Positions 58,191-64,000 of a DNA stretch of 64,000 nucleotides are shown here, one piece after another. Numbering within the stretch: position 1 is the stretch's first letter; every line of letters begins with the position of its first letter. The stretch covers positions 288,001 through 352,000 of the forward strand of contig JANRKS010000032.1 of the NCBI GenBank assembly GCA_033763315.1. The letters are read 5' to 3'. Made by a program: the position numbers and the translations under genes. The notes beneath the pieces were generated by a model that worked only from the letters and a program-made list of their open reading frames with translations, was not told the DNA's origin and searched no databases. This DNA comes from Deltaproteobacteria bacterium (GTDB lineage: Bacteria; Myxococcota_A; Polyangia; Fen-1088).

Positions 58191-59186
58191 CTATCGCACG
58201 CGCGGCTGCACGCTGTACGCAGGACCGCTGGGCGGTGGCCGGCGCGGCGCGGGCGGTGGCGTGGCAGGCGGCGCAGGCGCGGGGGGCGCCGTGGCAGGCG
58301 GACGGTGCTGGCCATAACCACCCAAGGGCGCTCCGAAGGTTTGATAGCCGTAGGCAGGGCGAGCGTAGGGATAGCCGTAGCCAAGCGGGATGGGCGGCGT
58401 CGCGAAGGACACCGGGTTGTCGGATTGCAAAGACGAAGGCGGAGGCGGCGCGGGCGCGGCCGGTGCGGCCACAGGCGCCGGGGCGTCGTCGCGTTCGGGC
58501 GGCGGGCCCCAGCTCAACATCTCGGCAGGCATGGGCACCGTTTTGATCGAAGGCGCACGCGCGCGGTTTTGCAGGTATCGGCCTTCGGAATAATAGAGCG
58601 GGTAAAGGTCGCGGAAGAAGTGAACGTAGTAGGGATAGTAAACGCGGAACTGCGCATCGAATCCGCCGCCCCAGTAGTAACGTTCAGCGATGCGTTGCAT
58701 GTAAGGCGAGCGCATACGGAACGCGTGGCTGTGATCGTTGTCTTGGTAGCACCAGCCGCCGCCCTTTTCTTGCGGGATCGGATGCATGCCGTGAAAGGAA
58801 AACAGGCCTGAATACGCGCCGAAATCGCTGGGATCGCCGGTGAATTGATAACACGCGCCATCGAACGTGAAGAGGCGCAGATCAACCGGCGCGTAGCTGT
58901 GTTTGTGGTGCCCCGTAGATTCGTGCCACATCTGCGGTTCGGATTCATCGTGATCCGCCAGCGTGGTGGGGTGGCCGCCCGAAAAGCAAAAGCCTCCCCC
59001 GGTGGCGCGGACGGGCCCTGACTCAACGAGCGGCGGAATCGAAGCCTGCCAGCCGGTGGCGGACTCAGCCACGCCGGGCATATAGCGATCGTCGCTGGCA
59101 CCCAACGTGCGGACGATCGTTTGTGCGTGTGCGGCGCTCGTGAGGCCGCAAAGGTAAACCGCCAGTCCCAGGTACCGCTTCACCAT
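58191..59186 (-). CDS. Secreted His/aromatic-rich hypothetical protein with Pro-rich tail
   Basis: Signal peptide ending AHA; repeated GGG(F/W)C..H.H units; PPA-rich C-terminus. Confidence 0.75.
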   Translation of the reverse strand: MVKRYLGLAVYLCGLTSAAHAQTIVRTLGASDDRYMPGVAESATGWQASIPPLVESGPVRATGGGFCFSGGHPTTLADHDESEPQMWHESTGHHKHSYAPVDLRLFTFDGACYQFTGDPSDFGAYSGLFSFHGMHPIPQEKGGGWCYQDNDHSHAFRMRSPYMQRIAERYYWGGGFDAQFRVYYPYYVHFFRDLYPLYYSEGRYLQNRARAPSIKTVPMPAEMLSWGPPPERDDAPAPVAAPAAPAPPPPSSLQSDNPVSFATPPIPLGYGYPYARPAYGYQTFGAPLGGYGQHRPPATAPPAPAPPATPPPAPRRPPPSGPAYSVQPRVR

Positions 59187-59344
59187 GCTTTAAGCGTAAA
59201 GCCAATCCGAGGTGGTTGCCGCAGGCGAAAATGCCCTGGCTGGTTGAAGCGGAGCGTCGCGATCGACGGAGATCAGCACAAAAAGCGGCCTGCAGGTGGG
59301 GCAAGGTGGGGAATCTACCAGTATCCTCAACCCCGGTGGGTCCG

Positions 59345-60205
59345 TTGCAGTTCGGTGACAGTCGATGCCTGTTGGCGGTGATGGCGTACGCGCTTACGAG
59401 CGCGGCTTGTTTGGTGGACAACCCCGCGTACGACTTGGACGGTGGCGACGGTGGCCAGCCACGCCTCGACGCGCTTCCGTTCGACGGCGCTGTTCGTGAT
59501 GACTTGGCGGACGCTCCTGTCACGGCGGACGTGGCGTTCACCGAAGCAGGAGCGCCAGACGCCGGCGGCCCCCGCGTGGTTGGCCCCGGTTGCGACCCCA
59601 ACAACAGTGATCTGCAGTTCTGTTTGGCGTTCGAGGGATCGCTGCGCGATTTGTCTTCGAACGCGGTTGTGGTGACGGGCGAGCCGGCGTTCATGCCGGG
59701 GGCGGACGGTGCGGCTTATTGGGTGAAAAATGCGGTGGGGCTACAAACACCCGCCACATCTTTGTTTGCGTTGTCGCGTTTGAGTTTGGATATGTGGGTC
59801 AAGTTGCAGGCCTGGCCAGAAACGCAAACGCAAGTGTTGGTGGCCGTGCCCGACGTGATGTCGCTTTTCATCACCGGCAAAGGCGAGTTGGTTTGCGATG
59901 TGGGCAACATCCGTGCGACGGGGCCGTTGCGAGATGTACAGCTTGGCCAGTGGCAAGGCGTCGCCTGCGTCTACGATGGCCAAGGCATCACAATGTTCAT
60001 CAATGGTATCAGCGTCGGGTCGCGGACGGACCCTGGTTTTGAGCCCACCGTAACCAAAGCACCTTTGTTCGTGGGCACCGCGCTTGATTACGATCCATTT
60101 ACCGGCGGGCTCGACAACGTTCGCTTGTGGAGCCGGCGCTTGACGCCTGCAGAGCTCTGTAAGTCCGCACCCGATCAAGCCGAGTGTTCCCAGATCATTC
60201 GGTGA
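59345..60205 (+). CDS. LamG/concanavalin-like domain lipoprotein
   Basis: SAAC-LVDNPAY lipobox; SLDMWVK; WQGVACVYDG; FTGGLDNVRLWSRRLT. Start uncertain. Confidence 0.8.
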   Translation: MQFGDSRCLLAVMAYALTSAACLVDNPAYDLDGGDGGQPRLDALPFDGAVRDDLADAPVTADVAFTEAGAPDAGGPRVVGPGCDPNNSDLQFCLAFEGSLRDLSSNAVVVTGEPAFMPGADGAAYWVKNAVGLQTPATSLFALSRLSLDMWVKLQAWPETQTQVLVAVPDVMSLFITGKGELVCDVGNIRATGPLRDVQLGQWQGVACVYDGQGITMFINGISVGSRTDPGFEPTVTKAPLFVGTALDYDPFTGGLDNVRLWSRRLTPAELCKSAPDQAECSQIIR

Positions 60206-62561
60206 TCGTCAGCGTTGTGCTTTGCAACTCTTCCGAGCTGCCGCCGACCATGACATCGAAAGCGCCGGGCTCCACCACGCGCGTTCCGTCGATGCCGTAA
60301 AAAGCAAACGCCACGGGAGGCAGGGTGAATGACACACGCTTGGATTCGCCTGCCGCCAACGTAAGTCGCGCGAATTCACGCAACGATTTCACGGGCCGCG
60401 TGACGGCGGCCACTTGATCGTGAAGGTAGAGTTGGGCCACGGCATCGCCGGCAACTTTGCCTGTGTTTGTGACGTCTACGGTGACTGTGACGCTTTGGCC
60501 GGCTTTAATGGTTGCGGCGGAAAGTTGCGGCGGGCCGTACGCGAACGTTGTGTACGAAAGCCCATGGCCAAAAGGATAAAGTGGCTTGTCTATGTTGCCT
60601 ACGTAGGCGCGAAAGCGCGAAGGCTTGTGATCATAATTAAACGGCGCTTGCCCTGACGTTTGTGGAAACGTGATGGGCAGTTTTCCGCCTGGGTTGATGC
60701 GACCGAACAAAGCGTCGGCCACCGCTTCGCCCGTGTGTTGGCCCAGGTAAAAACCGCATAAGATCGCGTGCGCGTGTGACGCCACGCTGGCGAGTTCAAG
60801 CGGGCGGCCGCCAATGAACACCACCACCATTGGCTTTTTCAAAGCCGACAGCGCTTCAACAAGTTTGTTCTGATCGCCAAGCAGTGTCAGATCCGTGCGA
60901 TCGCCTAGATGATTTTCACCCCAAGCTTCGCGGTTGACGCTTTCGTTGTCACCCAAGGCCAGCACGATCACGTCAGCCGTTCGCGCCACCTTCACAGCGT
61001 CCGCGATGCGTTTTGCATTCTTTTGCGGATCGGCGGCGATGATGTCGCCATCTTTCCAGAACGTGGCCTCTGATTCGATGATGCGAACGCCCTCGGCGTA
61101 ACGCACGTCAAACTTGCCTGCGGCTGCTTGTTCAAGGCCCGCCTTGATGCTGGTGCCTTCGAAGGGTTCAACCGAGTAGCCGCCCAAATGAACGCTGCCA
61201 GCGTTGGGGCCGATGATGGCCAGATGTTTGATGCGTTTTTCATCAAGCGGCAGCAACTGATCATTTTTCAGCAGCACCAAAGCCTTCTCAGCGGCCTTAC
61301 GTGCCAAGGCGGCGTGCGCGGGCGCGCCCACGGTGTTAATGGCGGCGTTTGGATCCACAAATGGTTCATCAAACAAGCCTAAGCGAAACTTCACGCTCAA
61401 CACGCGCGCCACGGCTTGGTCCAAGGTTTGGGCGGCCACGCGGCCGTTGTTGATCTGTGAAACCAGCGTCGGATACGTGTGGTTGCGGTTGGCCAATTCC
61501 AGATCCACACCCGACCACAGGGCCACGCGCGCGGCGTCCTCGGGTGTGGCCACCACGTGATGAACGGCCAGCAAGCGTTCGACGCCGCGAAGATCGGCGA
61601 CCACATAGCCGGAAAACCCCCAGGCGTTACGCAATTGTTCGGTCAACAACCACCGGTTTGCGTGCGAGGGCACACCATCCACTTCGTTGTAAGACGCCAT
61701 CACGCTGGCGATGGGCGTGGCTTTCGTGATGCGTTCGAAGGGCCACAAATGCACTTCTTGGAAGTACCGCATGCCAATGTTGGCAGGCGCCGTGTTGCGT
61801 CCGCCTTCAGGCTGGCCGTGGCCCGCAAAGTGTTTGAGCGTGGCGGCCACGTGTGGCTTACCGAGCAGGGCGCCCTCGCCTTGAAAGCCTTGCACCGCCG
61901 CCAGGCCCAACTCACCGACGAGGTAAGGATCTTCGCCGTACATCTCTTCGGTGCGGCCAAACCGCGGCTCGCGGGCCACGTCCACAACGGGTGCCAACAC
62001 TTGGTTTGCACCCACGGCGCGCGCTTCGGCCGCCGCCACAGTGAAGACGGAGCGCAACAGATCGCGATCCCACGTGGCACCCAGCGCAATGGCTTGCGGA
62101 AACACAGTGGCGCCTTTGGCCTGCGTGCCGTGCAGCGCCTCCGCGATGATGAGAGCCGGGATGCCGAGGCGTGTGTTTTGCGTGGCAAAACGCTGCACAT
62201 CATTTGCAAGCTGTGCGTGTTGTTGGGCAGGTACCTTATCGATGGGCAAGGCCACCAGGCCGATGCCGTGCGGCCACATCTTTTGCGCCTGCGCCACGGG
62301 CAATGTGGCTGCGTGTTCAAACAGCTCGGGCGTCCAAACTGTTGTTGTTTGCGCGACCTTTTCTTCGAGCGTCATCTGGGCGAGCAACGACTGCACGCGC
62401 GTTTCGATGCTGGCCTTTGCGTCTTTGTACAGCGACGGATCGGGCGGCTGGGGCGGGTTCACATCCACGGCGGCCTTGATGGGTGGCGCGGGCGGCAAAG
62501 GTGTGGCAGCCGCGCAGGCTGTCAAGCTCAAGCAAGTGACGAGCGGGAGACAACGGAACAT
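60195..62561 (-). CDS. GH3 beta-glucosidase/xylosidase lipoprotein
   Basis: TRLGIP; EALHG; FPQAIALGATWD; RFGRTEEMYGEDP; KHFAGH; VMASYN; VVAD; PFGHGLSYT; Fn3-like C-terminus; lipobox LTAC. Confidence 0.93.
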   Translation of the reverse strand: MFRCLPLVTCLSLTACAAATPLPPAPPIKAAVDVNPPQPPDPSLYKDAKASIETRVQSLLAQMTLEEKVAQTTTVWTPELFEHAATLPVAQAQKMWPHGIGLVALPIDKVPAQQHAQLANDVQRFATQNTRLGIPALIIAEALHGTQAKGATVFPQAIALGATWDRDLLRSVFTVAAAEARAVGANQVLAPVVDVAREPRFGRTEEMYGEDPYLVGELGLAAVQGFQGEGALLGKPHVAATLKHFAGHGQPEGGRNTAPANIGMRYFQEVHLWPFERITKATPIASVMASYNEVDGVPSHANRWLLTEQLRNAWGFSGYVVADLRGVERLLAVHHVVATPEDAARVALWSGVDLELANRNHTYPTLVSQINNGRVAAQTLDQAVARVLSVKFRLGLFDEPFVDPNAAINTVGAPAHAALARKAAEKALVLLKNDQLLPLDEKRIKHLAIIGPNAGSVHLGGYSVEPFEGTSIKAGLEQAAAGKFDVRYAEGVRIIESEATFWKDGDIIAADPQKNAKRIADAVKVARTADVIVLALGDNESVNREAWGENHLGDRTDLTLLGDQNKLVEALSALKKPMVVVFIGGRPLELASVASHAHAILCGFYLGQHTGEAVADALFGRINPGGKLPITFPQTSGQAPFNYDHKPSRFRAYVGNIDKPLYPFGHGLSYTTFAYGPPQLSAATIKAGQSVTVTVDVTNTGKVAGDAVAQLYLHDQVAAVTRPVKSLREFARLTLAAGESKRVSFTLPPVAFAFYGIDGTRVVEPGAFDVMVGGSSEELQSTTLTITE

Positions 62562-62779
62562 CGCCCGCAGTGTAAGGGGCGCGGCGCTAGATGGGCAACT
62601 CGTGGCTGCTGGTGAGATCGATTTTGCGCCAGGCGCCCGCACGGTCGCACCCAGTACAGGATTGAAGGGAATCAGTTGTCAAGGTACACCAAGGCGCCGA
62701 CGGATACATCCTCGGCCTCGTTGTCGCGAACAACTTGTGGGACATCGCCCGCGCGACGCGTCCATTGTATAGTTGCGCG

Positions 62780-63181
62780 GTGACGTCCCCAGCCACGCAG
62801 CTGTTAGCGGATTACTTTGCGAACAAGGCAGACGAAGTGTCGGCTGTATACCTTTTCGGCAGCCACGCCACGGGCAAGTTCCGAGCCGACAGCGATGTTG
62901 ACGTGGCGGTGTTATTAAGGACCGCCCCACCAAAGACTTTCGCAGGGCTGCATCTTGGCCTTGCGGGCGAACTGGAACGGCTGCTATCGCTGCCGGTCGA
63001 TCTTGTGGTGCTAAACGATGCGCCGGTGGATCTTGTTCGGCGCGTATTGCAAGGCGGCACTTTGGTGGCGGATATTGATCGCCAAGCGCGCATCGCATTC
63101 GAGGTCAAGGCACGGAACGAGTACTTTGATTTGTTGCCATACCTCGAAGAGTATCGGCATCCGAAAAAAGTGTCCGCATGA
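62780..63181 (+). CDS. Minimal nucleotidyltransferase (MNT/MntA-type antitoxin)
   Basis: YLFGSHATGKFRADSDVDVAV (GS-x10-DxD); VDLVVLN; ATGA overlap with the HEPN gene. Confidence 0.9.
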   Translation: MTSPATQLLADYFANKADEVSAVYLFGSHATGKFRADSDVDVAVLLRTAPPKTFAGLHLGLAGELERLLSLPVDLVVLNDAPVDLVRRVLQGGTLVADIDRQARIAFEVKARNEYFDLLPYLEEYRHPKKVSA

Positions 63182-63594
63182 CTGACGAACCTCTATTGGC
63201 CAAGAAGCTTGCCTTTATTGAAACCTGCTTGCGCGAGCTGCGTGAACAAGCGCGGCCTTCCCTGTTGCATGAAATACGGGAACTGCGGTTCGTTGAGCAC
63301 ACCCTCCAGATTGCGATTCAATCGGCGCTGGACATTGCATCACACATCATCTCAGACGAGCGCCTGGGTGAGCCAAAAACCAACCGTTCGCTGTTCGACC
63401 TTCTGGCCAACCACGCGTGGGTAACAACAAATCAAGCCGAAGGCTTGTCGCGCATGGCAGGCTTCCGCAATATTTTGGTACACGGATACACTGAAGTGGA
63501 TCCGGCTATCGTAAGGGATGTGCTTGAGAATCACCTGGGTGATCTGGATGCATTCGTCGCGGCAATTCGCGCCAAGTTGGGGCCAAGAACCTAG
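63178..63594 (+). CDS. HEPN (DUF86/HepT-like) RNase toxin
   Basis: AIQSALDIASHII; MAGFRNILVHGY (R-x4-H-x-Y). Confidence 0.92.
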   Translation: MTDEPLLAKKLAFIETCLRELREQARPSLLHEIRELRFVEHTLQIAIQSALDIASHIISDERLGEPKTNRSLFDLLANHAWVTTNQAEGLSRMAGFRNILVHGYTEVDPAIVRDVLENHLGDLDAFVAAIRAKLGPRT

Positions 63595-63624
63595 CTGCAA
63601 CCGTTGGTTGGCTAAGCCCAGTAA

Positions 63625-63780
63625 CACGCGCGCCTCGCGATAAAAGGCTGCCACCGTGTCTGTGAACAGACGGTGTACAGCGCCCAGTAGGCGAGCGTCG
63701 AACGCCAAGGGAAAGCGCAACACGAAGGGAAGCGCTAACACCCATTGCCGAAGCGCCACGCCATTGGGCAACACGGGAAT
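63625..63780 (-). mobile_element. Remnant of an IS91-family (HUH/Y2) transposase
   Basis: LPNGVALRQWVLALPFVLRFPLAFDARLLGAVHRLFTDTVAAFYR resembles the RQWVL.LP..LR..LA segment of IS91-like transposases; only ~50 codons remain. Confidence 0.65.
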
Positions 63781-63886
63781 CTCTCTCCTAGGGCTCGTGG
63801 GAGCGAAACGATGACGCCCACCATGGCGGTTGCCCTAGAGCGCGTTTGTAATTGCAAGATGCGACACAAACGGCTTAATTAGTGCT

Positions 63887-64000
63887 GTGCATACGACGCG
63901 TCTTAATTTGCTGGCACTACTTTGCCTTGCTTCTTGTGCCACAGTCGCACCGAAAAACGCCCCACATCCGCTCGCCGGCAATGGGCTGCTGGAAGATCCG
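63887..64000 (+). CDS. 5' part of a lipoprotein, running off the window edge
   Basis: GTG start; MHTTRLNLLALLCLASCATVAPKNAPHP with lipobox LASC; open to the window end. Confidence 0.55.
   Translation, partial: MHTTRLNLLALLCLASCATVAPKNAPHPLAGNGLLEDP

Overview
A GC-rich bacterial chromosome segment. Its gene content (Hanks kinases, PEGA/PilZ/FHA-sigma54 proteins, many lipoproteins with acidic linkers, a DUF1592/DUF1552 pair) points to a myxobacterium (Myxococcota, probably Polyangia-like); this is inferred, not searched. Housekeeping genes are leuB, nadE, gatCAB, an alkD-like gene, metH, a PPTase and rsmI, mixed with lipoproteins, GH45 and GH3 glycoside hydrolases and a hybrid histidine kinase. 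The most interesting part is the accessory block between metH and rsmI (~39.9-57.3 kb). It holds three paralogous cytoplasmic Ser/Thr kinase-STAND NTPase genes: two have lower-GC, divergent TPR-like tails and one has no tail. It also holds an FHA-sigma54-type activator whose GAFTGA loop reads GAHSQA, and a 24-aa peptide gene missing from the ORF track (48793-48867, MKIKSKSGVRAGGLTSSNHNRTLL). The peptide gene has its own RBS, terminator and a sigma54-like promoter with candidate IHF and enhancer sites. Together these suggest a peptide / STAND-kinase / FHA-activator circuit that I do not recognise as described, interleaved with toxin-antitoxin and Uma2/DUF4143 debris. I saw no rRNA, tRNA or CRISPR array. 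All family calls come from motif recognition by eye, not database searches.
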